From Eledone cirrhosa (lineage: Eukaryota): a stretch of DNA of 64,000 nucleotides. This document shows, one piece after another, positions 1-12,850 of this stretch. The position numbers and the translations under genes are program-made. Every line of letters starts with the position of its first letter. The stretch's first letter is position 1. Location of the stretch: contig OZ024744.1 of NCBI GenBank assembly GCA_964016885.1, forward strand, positions 11,470,001 through 11,534,000. Direction: 5' to 3'. The notes beneath the pieces are model-generated. The model did no database searches. It saw only the letters and a list, made by a program, of their open reading frames with translations, and had not been told where the DNA came from.

Positions 1-3000
1 GTTTTACTCCAATATGTTGTGTTGTTGTACTCCAATATGTTGTATTGTTGTTCTCCAATATGTCATGTTATACTCCAATAAGTTGTGTTCTTGTACTCCA
101 ATATGTTGTGTTGTTGTACTCCAATATGTTGTGTTGTTGTACTCCAATATATCATGTTGTCGTACTCCAATATGTCATGTTATACTCCAATATGTCGTTG
201 TTATACTCCAATATGTCATGATGTTGTACTCCAATATGTCGTGTTCTTGTACTCCAATATGTCGTGTTGTCGTACTCCAATATGTTGTGCTGTTGTACTC
301 CAATATGTTGTGCTGTTGTACTCCAATATGTTGTGTTGTTGTACTCCAATATGTTGTGTTGTTATACTCCAATATGTTGTGCTGTTGTACTCCAATATTC
401 CGTGTTGTTGTACTCCAATACGTCGTGTTGTACTCCAATATGTTGTGTTGTTATACTCCAATATGTTATGTTGTTGTACTCCAATGTGTCTTGTTGTTGT
501 ACTCCAATATGTTTTGATGTTGTACTCCAATATGTTGTGTTGTTGTACTCCAATATGTTTTGATGTTGTACTCCAATATGTTGTGTTGTTGTACTCCAAT
601 ATGTTGTGTAGTCGTATTCCAATATGTTGTGTTGTTGTACTCTAATATGTTTTGTTGTTATTCTCCAATATGTTGTGATGTTGTACTCCAATGTGTTGTG
701 TTGTTGTACTCCAATGTGATGTGTTGCTGTACTCCAATATGTTGTGCTGTTGTACTCCAATATTTTTTGTTTTTTGTACTCCAATATGTTGTGTTGTTAT
801 ACTCCAATATGTTGTGTTGTTATACTCCAATATGGTGTGTTGTTGTACTCCAATATGTTGTATTGTTTTCTCCAATATGTCATGTTATACTCCAATATGG
901 TGTGTTCGTGTACTCCAATATGTTGTGTTATTGTACTCCAATATGTTGCGTTGTTGTACTCCAATATGTTGTGTTGTTATACTCCAATATGTCGTGTGGC
1001 TGTACTCCAATATGTCATGTTGTTGTACTCCAATATGTCTTGTTATAGTCCAATATGTCGTGTTGTTGTACTCCAATATATCATGTAGTTGTACTCCAAT
1101 ATTTCGTGTTGTTGTACCCCAATATGTAGTGTTGTTTATACTCCAATATGTTTTGCTGTTGTACTCCAATATGTTGTGTTGCTGTACTCCTATATGTTGT
1201 GTTGTTATTCTCCAATATGTTGTGCTGTTGTACTCCAATGTGTTGTGTTGTTATACTCCAATGTGTTGTGTTGTTATACTCCAATATGTTGTGTTGTTGT
1301 AGTCCAATATGTTGTGTTGTCGTACTCCAATATGTTGTGTTGTTATACTCCAATATTTCGTGTGGTTGTACTCCAGTATGTCATGGTGTTGTACTTCAAT
1401 ATGTCGTGTTGTTGTACTCCAATATGTTGTCTTGTTGTACTCCAATCTGTTGTATTGTTGTACTTCAATATGTTCTGTTGTTGTACTCCAATATATTGTG
1501 TTGTTGTACTCCAATATGTTGTGTTGTTGTACTCCAATATGCTGTGTTGTTGTACTCCAATATGTTGTGTTGTTGTACTCCAATATGTTGTGTTGTTGTA
1601 CTCCAATATCTTGTGTTCTTATACTCCAATATGTTGTGTTGTTATACTCCAATATGTTGTGTTGTTGTACTCCAATATGTTGTGCTGTTGTACTCCAATA
1701 TGATGTGCTGTTGTACTCCAATATGTTGTGTTGTTGTACTCCAATGTGTTGTGTTGTTGTACTCCAATATGTTGTGCCGTTGTACTCCAATATTTTTTTG
1801 TTTTTGTACTCCAAAATGTTGTGTTGTTATACTCCAATATGTTGTGTTGGTGTACTCCAATATGGTGTGCTGTTGTACTCCAAATCTCGTGTTGTTATAC
1901 TCCAATGTGTTGTGTTGTTATACTCCAATATGTTGTGTTGTTGAACTCCAATATGTTGTATTGTTTTTCTCCAATATGTCATGTTATACTCCAATATGTC
2001 GTGTTGCTGTACTCCAATATGTCATGCTGTTGTACTTCAATATGTTTTGCTGTTGTACTCCACCGTGTTGTGTTGTTGAACTCCAATACGTTGTGTTGTT
2101 GTTCTCCAATATTTTGTGCTGTTGTACTCCAATTTGTGTTGTTGTACTCCAATATGTTGTGTTGTTGTACTCCAATATGTTGTGTTGTTGTACTCCAATA
2201 TGTTGTGTTGTTATACTCCAATATGTTGTGCTGTTGTACTCCAATATTTCGTGTTGTTGTACTCCATTACGTCGTGTTGTTGTACTCCAATATGTTTTGA
2301 TGTTGTACTCAAATATGTTGTGTTGTTGTACTCCAATATGTTTTGATGTTGTACTCCAATATGTTGTGTTGTTGTACTCCAATATGTTGTGTAGTCTTAA
2401 TCCAATATGTTGTGTTGTTGTACTCCAATATGCTGTGATGTTGTACTCCAATATGATGATGTTGTACTCCAATGTGTTGTGTTGTTGTACTCCAATGTGA
2501 TGTGTTGTTGTACTCCAATATGTTGTGCCATTGTACTCCAATATTTTTTATATTTGTACTCCAATATGTTGTGTTGTTATACTCCAATATGTTGTGCTGT
2601 TGTACTCCAAATCTCGTGTTGTTATACTCCAATGTGTTGTGTTGTTATACTCCAATATGGTGTGCTGTTGTAGTCCAATATGTTGTATTGTTTTTTTCCA
2701 ATATGTCATGTTATACTCCAATATGTTGTGTTCGTGTACTCCAATATGTTGTGTTATTGTACTCCAATATGTTGCGTTGTTGTACTCCAATATGTTGTGT
2801 TGTTATACTCCAATATGTTGTGTTGTTGTACTCCAATATGTTGTCTTGTTGTACTCCAAAAGGCCATGTTATCGTACTCCAATATGTCTTGTTATACTCC
2901 AATATGTCGTGTGGCTGTACTCCAATATGTAATGTTGTTGTACTCCAATATGTCTTGTTATAGTCCAATATGTCGTGTTGTTGTACTCCAATATGTCATG

Positions 3001-6000
3001 TAGTTGTATTCCAATATTTCGTGTTGTTGTACCCCAATATGTCGTGTTGTTTATACTCCAATATGTTTTGCTGTTGTACTCCAATATGTTGTGTTGCTGT
3101 ATTCCAATATGTTGTGTTGTTATTCTCCAATATGTTGTGCTGTTGTACTCCAATGTGTTATGTTGTTATACTCCAATATGTTGTGCTGTGCTACTCCAAT
3201 ATATTGTGTTGTTGTACTCCAATGTGTTGTGTTGTTATACTCCAATATGTTGTGTTGATTTACTCCAATATGTTGTGTTGTTGTACTCCAATCTGTTTTG
3301 TTGTTATACTCCAATATGTTGTGTTGTTATACTCCAATATGTTGTGTTGTTTTACTCCAATATGTTGTGTTGTTGTACTCCAATATGTTGTGTTGTTGTA
3401 CTCCAATATGTTGTGTTGTTGTACTCCAATGTGTTGTGTTGTTATACTCCAATATGTTGTGTTGATTTACTCCAATATGTTGTGTTGTTGTACTCCAATC
3501 TGTTGTGTTGTTATACTCCAATATGTTGTGTTGTTTTACTCCAATATGTTGTGTTGTTGTACTCCAATATGTCATGTTGCTGTACTCCAACATGTCGTGT
3601 TGTAGTACTCCAATATGTTTTGATGTTGTACTCCAATATGTTGTGTTGTTGTACTCCAATATGTTGTGTTGTTGTACTCCAATATGTTGTGTTGTTATAC
3701 TCCAATATGTTGTGCTGTTGTACTCCAATATGTCATGTTGTTGTACTCCAATATTTCGTGTTGTTCTACTCCAATATTTCGTGTTGTTGTACTCAAATAT
3801 GTCGTGGTGTTGTACTCCAATATGTTTTGATGTTGTACTCCAATATGTCGTGTTGTTGTACTCCAATATGTTGTGTTGTTGTACTCCAATATGCTGTGTT
3901 GTTATACTCCTATATGTTGTGCTGTTGTACTTCAATATGTTGTGTTCTACTCCAATATGTTGTGTTGTTATACTCCAATATGTTGTGTTGTTGTACTCCA
4001 ATATGTTGTGTTGTTGTACTCCAATATGTGATGTTGTTGTACTCCAATATGTCGTATTGTTGTACTCCAATATATTGTGTTGTTATACTCCAATATTTCG
4101 TGTTGTTTTAGTCCAATATGTCATGTTGTTTTACTCCAATATTTCGTGTTGTTGTACTCCAATATGTCATGGTGTTGTACTTCAATATGTCGTATTGTTG
4201 TACTCCAATATGTTGTGTTGTTGTTCTCCAATACGTCGTGTTGTTATACTCCAATATGTTATGATGTTGTACTCCAATATATTGTGTTGTTGTACTCCAA
4301 TATGTTGTGTTGCTGTACTCCAATATGTTGTGTCGTTGTACTCCAATATGTTGTGTTGTTGTACTCCAATATGTTGTGTTGTTGTACTCCAATATGTTGT
4401 TGTACTCCAATATGCCATGTTGTTATACTCCAATATGTCGTGGTGTTGTACTCCAATATGTCATGTTGTTGTACTCCAATATTTCGTGTTGTTGTACTCC
4501 AATATGTCATAAGGGCTGTACTCCAATATGGTGTGTTGTTGAACTCCAATATGCTGTGTTGATGTACTCCAATAGGTTGTGTTGTTGTACTCCAATATGC
4601 TGTGTTGGCTGTGCTCCAATACGTTGTGTTGTTGTACTCCAATATGTTGTGCTGCTGTACTCCAATATGTTGTGTTGTTGTACTCCAATATGTTGTGTTG
4701 TTGTACTCCAATATGTTGTGCTGTTGTACTCCAATCTATATCGCTGTTGTACTCCAATATGTTGTGTTGTTGTACTCCAATATGTTGTGCTGTTGTACTC
4801 CAATATGTTGTGCTGTTGTACTCCAATATTTTGTGTTGTTATACTCCAATATATTGTGTTGTTATACTCCAATATGTTGTGTTGTTGTACTCCAAAATAT
4901 TGTGTTGTTATACTCCAATATGTTGTGTTGTTATACTCCAATATGTTGTGCTGTTATACTCCAATATGTTGTGTTGTTGTACTCCAATATGTTGTGCTGT
5001 TATACTCCAATATTTTGTGTTGTTATACTCCAATATGTGGTATTGTTGTACTCCAATATGTTGTGCTGTTGTACTCCAATATGTTGTGTTGTTATACTCC
5101 AACATGTTGTGTTGTTATACTCCAATATGTTGTGTTGTTATACTCGAATATTTTGTGTTGTTATACTCGAATATCTTGTGTTGTTATACTCGAATATGTT
5201 GTGCTGTTGTACTCCAATATGTCGTGTTGTTGTACTCCAATATATCATGTAGTTGTACTCCAATATTTCGTGTTGTTGTACCCCAATATGTAGTGTTGTT
5301 TATACTCCAATATGTTTTGCTGTTGTACTCCAATATGATGTGCTGTTGTACTCCAATATGTTGTATTGTTGTTCTCCAATATGTCATGTTATACTCCAAT
5401 AAGTTGTGTTCTTGTACTCCAATATGTTGTGTTGTTGTACTCCAATATATCATGTTGTCGTACTCCAATATGTCATGTTATACTCCAATATGTCATTGTT
5501 GTACTCCAATATGTCGTGTTGTTGTACTCCAATATGTCGTGCTGTTGTACTCCAATTTGTGTTGTTGTACTCCAATATGTTGTGTTGTTGTACTCCAATA
5601 TGTTGTGTTGTTGTACTCCAATATGTTGTGTTGTTATACTCCAATATGTTGTGCTGTTGTACTCCAATATTTCGTGTTGTTGTACTCCATTACGTCGTGT
5701 TGTTGTACTCCAATATGTTTTGATGTTGTACTCAAATATGTTGTGTTGTTGTACTCCAATATGTTTTGATGTTGTACTCCAATATGTTGTGTTGTTGTAC
5801 TCCAATATGTTGTGTAGTCTTAATCCAATATGTTGTGTTGTTGTACTCCAATATGCTGTGATGTTGTACTCCAATATGATGTGATGTTGTACTCCAATGT
5901 GTTGTGTTGTTGTACTCCAATGTGATGTGTTGTTGTACTCCAATATGTTGTGCCATTGTACTCCAATATTTTTTATATTTGTACTCCAATATGTTGTGTT

Positions 6001-9000
6001 GTTATACTCCAATATGTTGTGCTGTTGTACTCCAAATCTCGTGTTGTTATACTCCAATGTGTTGTGTTGTTATACTCCAATATGGTGTGCTGTTGTAGTC
6101 CAATATGTTGTATTGTTTTTTTCCAATATGTCATGTTATACTCCAATATGTTGTGTTCGTGTACTCCAATATGTTGTGTTATTGTACTCCAATATGTTGC
6201 GTTGTTGTACTCCAATATGTTGTGTTGTTATACTCCAATATGTTGTGTTGTTGTACTCCAATATGTTGTCTTGTTGTACTCCAAAAGGCCATGTTATCGT
6301 ACTCCAATATGTCTTGTTATACTCCAATATGTCGTGTGGCTGTACTCCAATATGTAATGTTGTTGTACTCCAATATGTCTTGTTATAGTCCAATATGTCG
6401 TGTTGTTGTACTCCAATATGTCATGTAGTTGTATTCCAATATTTCGTGTTGTTGTACCCCAATATGTCGTGTTGTTTATACTCCAATATGTTTTGCTGTT
6501 GTACTCCAATATGTTGTGTTGCTGTATTCCAATATGTTGTGTTGTTATTCTCCAATATGTTGTGCTGTTGTACTCCAATGTGTTATGTTGTTATACTCCA
6601 ATATGTTGTGCTGTGCTACTCCAATATATTGTGTTGTTGTACTCCAATGTGTTGTGTTGTTATACTCCAATATGTTGTGTTGATTTACTCCAATATGTTG
6701 TGTTGTTGTACTCCAATCTGTTTTGTTGTTATACTCCAATATGTTGTGTTGTTATACTCCAATATGTTGTGTTGTTTTACTCCAATATGTTGTGTTGTTG
6801 TACTCCAATATGTTGTGTTGTTGTACTCCAATATGTTGTGTTGTTGTAATCCAATATCTTGTGTTGTTATACTCCAATATGTTGTGTTGTTGTACTCCAA
6901 TATGTTGTGTTGTTGTACTCCAATGTGTTATGTTGTTATACTCCAATATGTTGTGCTGTGCTACTCCAATATAGTGTGTTGTTGTACTCCAATGTGTTGT
7001 GTTGTTATACTCCAATATGTTGTGTTGATTTACTCCAATATGTTGTGTTGTTGTACTCCAATCTGTTGTGTTGTTATACTCCAATATGTTGTGTTGTTAT
7101 ACTCCAATATGTTGTGTTGTTTTACTCCAATATGTTGTGTTGTTGTACTCCAATATGTCATGTTGCTGTACTCCAACATGTCGTGTTGTAGTACTCCAAT
7201 ATGTTTTGATGTTGTACTCCAATATGTTGTGTTGTTGTACTCCAATATGTTGTGTTGTTGTACTCCAATATGTTGTGTTGTTATACTCCAATATGTTGTG
7301 CTGTTGTACTCCAATATGTCATGTTGTTGTACTCCAATATTTCGTGTTGTTCTACTCCAATATTTCGTGTTGTTGTACTCCAATATGTCGTGGTGTTGTA
7401 CTCCAATATGTTTTGATGTTGTACTCCAATATGTCGTGTTGTTGTACTCCAATATGTTGTGTTGTTGTACTCCAATATGCTGTGTTGTTATACTCCTATA
7501 TGTTGTGCTGTTGTACTTCAATATGTTGTGTTCTACTCCAATATGTTGTGTTGTTATACTCCAATATGTTGTGTTGTTGTACTCCAATATGTTGTGTTGT
7601 TGTACTCCAATATGTGATGTTGTTGTACTCCAATATGTCGTATTGTTGTACTCCAATATATTGTGTTGTTATACTCCAATATTTCGTGTTGTTTTAGTCC
7701 AATATGTCATGTTGTTTTACTCCAATATTTCGTGTTGTTGTACTCCAATATGTCATGGTGTTGTACTTCAATATGTCGTATTGTTGTACTCCAATATGTT
7801 GTGTTGTTGTTCTCCAATACGTCGTGTTGTTATACTCCAATATGTTATGATGTTGTACTCCAATATATTGTGTTGTTGTACTCCAATATGTTGTGTTGCT
7901 GTACTCCAATATGTTGTGTCGTTGTACTCCAATATGTTGTGTTGTTGTACTCCAATATGTTGTGTTGTTGTACTCCAATATGTTGTTGTACTCCAATATG
8001 CCATGTTGTTATACTCCAATATGTCGTGGTGTTGTACTCCAATATGTCATGTTGTTGTACTCCAATATTTCGTGTTGTTGTACTCCAATATGTCATAAGG
8101 GCTGTACTCCAATATGGTGTGTTGTTGAACTCCAATATGCTGTGTTGATGTACTCCAATAGGTTGTGTTGTTGTACTCCAATATGCTGTGTTGGCTGTGC
8201 TCCAATACGTTGTGTTGTTGTACTCCAATATGTTGTGCTGCTGTACTCCAATATGTTGTGTTGTTGTACTCCAATATGTTGTGTTGTTGTACTCCAATAT
8301 GTTGTGCTGTTGTACTCCAATCTATATCGCTGTTGTACTCCAATATGTTGTGTTGTTGTACTCCAATATGTTGTGCTGTTGTACTCCAATATGTTGTGCT
8401 GTTGTACTCCAATATTTTGTGTTGTTATACTCCAATATATTGTGTTGTTATACTCCAATATGTTGTGTTGTTGTACTCCAAAATATTGTGTTGTTATACT
8501 CCAATATGTTGTGTTGTTATACTCCAATATGTTGTGCTGTTATACTCCAATATGTTGTGTTGTTGTACTCCAATATGTTGTGCTGTTATACTCCAATATT
8601 TTGTGTTGTTATACTCCAATATGTGGTATTGTTGTACTCCAATATGTTGTGCTGTTGTACTCCAATATGTTGTGTTGTTATACTCCAACATGTTGTGTTG
8701 TTATACTCCAATATGTTGTGTTGTTATACTCGAATATTTTGTGTTGTTATACTCGAATATCTTGTGTTGTTATACTCGAATATGTTGTGCTGTTGTACTC
8801 CAATATGTCGTGTTGTTGTACTCCAATATATCATGTAGTTGTACTCCAATATTTCGTGTTGTTGTACCCCAATATGTAGTGTTGTTTATACTCCAATATG
8901 TTTTGCTGTTGTACTCCAATATGATGTGCTGTTGTACTCCAATATGTTGTATTGTTGTTCTCCAATATGTCATGTTATACTCCAATAAGTTGTGTTCTTG

Positions 9001-11822
9001 TACTCCAATATGTTGTGTTGTTGTACTCCAATATATCATGTTGTCGTACTCCAATATGTCATGTTATACTCCAATATGTCATTGTTGTACTCCAATATGT
9101 CGTGTTGTTGTACTCCAATATGTCGTGCTGTTGTACTCCAATATGCTGTGTTGTTATACTCCAATATGTTGTGTTGTTGTACTCCAATATGTTGTGTTGT
9201 TATACTCCAATATGTTGTGTTGTTGTACTCCAATATGTCATGTTGTTGTACTCCAATATGTTGCGTTGTTGTACTCCAATATATCATGTTGTCGTACTCC
9301 AATATGTTTTGATGTTGTACTCCAATATGTTGTGTTGTTGTACTCCAATATGTTGTGTAGTCGTACTCCAATATGTTGTGTTGTTGTACTCCAATATGCT
9401 GTGATGTTGTACTCCAATATGATGTGCTGTTGTACTCCAATGCGTTGTGTTGTTGTACTCCAATATGCTGTGTTGTTATACTCCAATATGTTGTGTTGTT
9501 ATACTCCAATCTGTTGTGTTGTTATACTCCAATATATTGTGTTGTTATACTCCAATATGTTGTGTTGTTTTACTCCAATATGTTGTGTTGTTGTACTCCA
9601 ATATCTTGTATTGTTGTTCTCCAGTATGTCATGTTATACTCCAATAAGTTGTGTTCTTGTACTCCAATATGTTGTGTTGTTGTACTCCAATATGTTGTGT
9701 TGTTGTACTCCAATATATCATGTTGTCGTACTCCAATATGTCATGTTATACTCCAATGTGTCATTGTTGTACTCCAATATGTCGTGTTGTTGTACTCCAA
9801 TATGTCGTGTTGTTGTACTCCAATATGTTGTGTTGTTGTACTCCAATATGTTGTGTTGTTGTACTCCAATATGTTGTGTTGTTATACTCCAATATGTTAT
9901 GTTGTTGTACTCCAATATGTCATGTTGTTGTACTCCAATATGTTTTGATGTTGTACTCCAATATGTCGTGTTGTTATACTCCAATATGTTATGATGTTGT
10001 ACTCCAATATATTGTGTTGTTGTACTCCAATATGTTGTGTTGCTGTACTCCAATATGTCGTGTCGTTGTACTCCAATACGTTGTGTTGTTGTACTCCAAT
10101 ATGTTGTGTTGTTGTACTCCAATATGTTGTTGTACTCCAATATGTCATGTTGTCGTACTCCAATATTCCGTGTTGTTGTACTCCAATATGTCATGGTGTT
10201 GTACTCCAATATGTTGTGTTGTTGTACTCCAATATGTTGTGTTGTTGTACTCCAATATGTTGTGTTGTTGTACTCCAATATGTTGTGTTGTTGTACTCCA
10301 ATATGTTGTGTTGTTGTACTCCAATATGTTGTGTTGTTGTACTCCAATATGCCATGTTGTTATACTCCAATATGTGGTGGTGTTGTACTCCAATATGTCA
10401 TGTTGTTGTACTCCAATATTTCGTATTGTTGTACTCCAATATGTCATAGGGGTTGTACTCCAATATGCTGTGTTGCTGTACTCCAATAGGTTGTGTTGTT
10501 GTACTCCAATATGTTGTGTTGCTGTACTCCAATATGTTGTGTTGTTGTACTCCAATATGTTGTGTTGTTGTACTCCAATATGTTGTGTTGTTGTACTCCA
10601 ATCTATATCGCTGTTGTACTCCAATATGTTGTGTTGTTGTACTCCAATATGTTGTGCTGTTGTACTCCAATATGTTGTGCTGTTGTACTCCAATATTTTG
10701 TGCTGTTATACTCCAATATATTGTGTTGTTATACTCCAATATGTTGTGTTGTTGTACTCCAAAATATTGTGTTGTTATACTCCAATATGTTGTGTTGTTA
10801 TACTCCAATAAGTTGTGCTGTTATACTCCAATATGTTGTGTTGTTGTACTCCAATATGTTGTGCTGTTATACTCCAATATTTTGTGTTGTTATACTCCAA
10901 TATGTGGTATTGTTGTACTCCAATATGTTGTGCTGTTGTACTCCAATATGTTGTGTTGTTATACTCCAACATGTTGTGTTGTTATACTCCAATATGTTGT
11001 GTTGTTATACTCGAATATGTTGTGTTGTTATACTCGAATATCTTGTGTTGTTATACTCGAATATGTTGTGCTGTTGTACTCCAATATGTCGTGTTGTTGT
11101 ACTCCAATATATCATGTAGTTGTACTCCAATATTTCGTGTTGTTGTACCCCAATATGTAGTGTTGTTTATACTCCAATATGTTTTGCTGTTGTACTCCAA
11201 TATGTTGTGTTGCTGTACTCCTATATGTTGTGTTGTTATTCTCCAATATGTTGTGCTGTTGTACTCCAATGTGTTGTGTTGTTATACTCCAATATGTTGT
11301 GTTGATTTACTCCAATATGTTGTGTTGTTGTACTCCAATCTGTTGTGTTGTTATACTCCAATGTGTTGTGTTGTTATACTCCAATATGTTGTGTTGTTGT
11401 AGTCCAATATGTTGTGTTGTCGTACTCCAATATGTTGTGTTGTTATACTCCAATATTTCGTGTGGTTGTACTCCAATATGTCATGGTGTTGTACTTCAAT
11501 ATGTCGTGTTGTTGTACTCCAATATGTTGTCTTGCTGTACTCCAATATGTTGTGTTGTTGTACTCCAATATCTTGTGTTCTTATACTCCAATATGTTGTG
11601 TTGTTATACTCCAATATGTTGTGTTGTTGTACTCCAATATGTTGTGCTGTTTTACTCCAATATGTTGTGTTGTTGTACTCCAATATGTTGTATTGTTTTT
11701 CTCCAATATGTCATGTTATACTCCAATAAGTTGTGTTCTTGTACTCCAATATGTTGTGTAGTTGTACTCCAATATATCATGTTGTCGTACTCCAATATGC
11801 CATGTTATACTCCAATATGTCA
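1..11822. repeat. Left, older and more rearranged satellite layer built from the same variant modules as the central HOR
   Basis: It carries the same rare markers as the centre (CTCTAA at 640, CCAAAAGGCCA near 2856 and 6281, TCGAAT triplets near 5144, 8730 and 11011). Spacings are irregular (3425, 3586, 2281) and several alleles are private to this layer. Confidence 0.8.
2116..9142. repeat. Tandem duplication: copy 1 ~2116-5538 (3,423 bp), copy 2 ~5539-9124 (3,586 bp)
   Basis: Identical ORF translations occur at offsets 3425 (2525/5950) and 3586 (4307/7893). Private variants CCATTACG, TAGTCTTAATCC, ATGTAATG and AAGGGCTG occur in both copies. The junction lies in shared sequence at ~5539-5556. 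Confidence 0.9.
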
Positions 11823-12850
11823 TTGTTGTACTCCAATATGTCGTGTTGTTGTACTCCAATATGTCGTGTTGTTGTACTCCAATATGTTGTGTTGTTGTAC
11901 TCCAATATGTTGTGTTGTTGTACTCCAATATGTTGTGTTGTTATACTCCAATATGTTATGTTGTCGTACTCCAATATGTCATGTTATACTCCAATATGTT
12001 TTGATGCTGTACTCCAATATGTTGTGTTGTTGTACTACAATATGTTGTGTTGTTGTACTCCAATATGTTGTGTTGTTATACTCCAATATGTTGTGCTGTT
12101 GTACTCCAATATGTTGTGTTGTTATACTCCAATATGTAGTGTTGTTATACTCCAATATGTTGTGTTGTTGTACTCCAATCTGTTGTGTTGTTATACTCCA
12201 ATATATTGTGTTGTTATACTCCAATATGTTGTGTTGTTTTACTCCAATATGTTGTGTTGTTGTACTCCAATATGTTGTATTGTTGTTCTCCAATATGTCA
12301 TGTTATGCTCCAATAAGTTGTGTTCTTGTACTCCAATATGTTGTGTTGTTGTACTCCAATATGTTGTGTTGTTGTACTCCAATATGTCATGTTATACTCC
12401 AATATGTCGTTGTTATACTCCAATATGTCATGATGTTGTACTCCAATATGTCGTGTTCTTGTACTCCAATATGTCGTGTTGTCGTACTCCAATATGTTGT
12501 GTTGTTGTACTCCAATATGTTGTGCTGTTGTACTCCAATATGTTTGTTGTTGTACTCCAATACGTTGTGTTGTTATACTCCAATATGTTGTGTTGTTGTA
12601 CTCCAATATTTCGTGTTGTTGTACTCCAATACGTCGTGTTGTACTCCAATATGTTGTGTTGTTATACTCCAATATGTTATGTTGTTGTACTCCAATGTGT
12701 CTTGTTGTTGTACTCCAATATGTTTTGATGTTGTACTCCAATATGTTGTGTTGTTGTACTCCAATATGTTTTGATGTTGTACTCCAATATGTTGTGTTGT
12801 TGTACTCCAATATGTTGTGTAGTCGTATTCCAATATGTTGTGTTGTTGTA

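Noticed and set aside
6847-7103. 161-bp (7-monomer) nucleosome-sized indel between duplicate copies
   Set aside because: It resolves into two separate indels of 138 bp and 23 bp, so it gives no evidence for a nucleosome-length unit.
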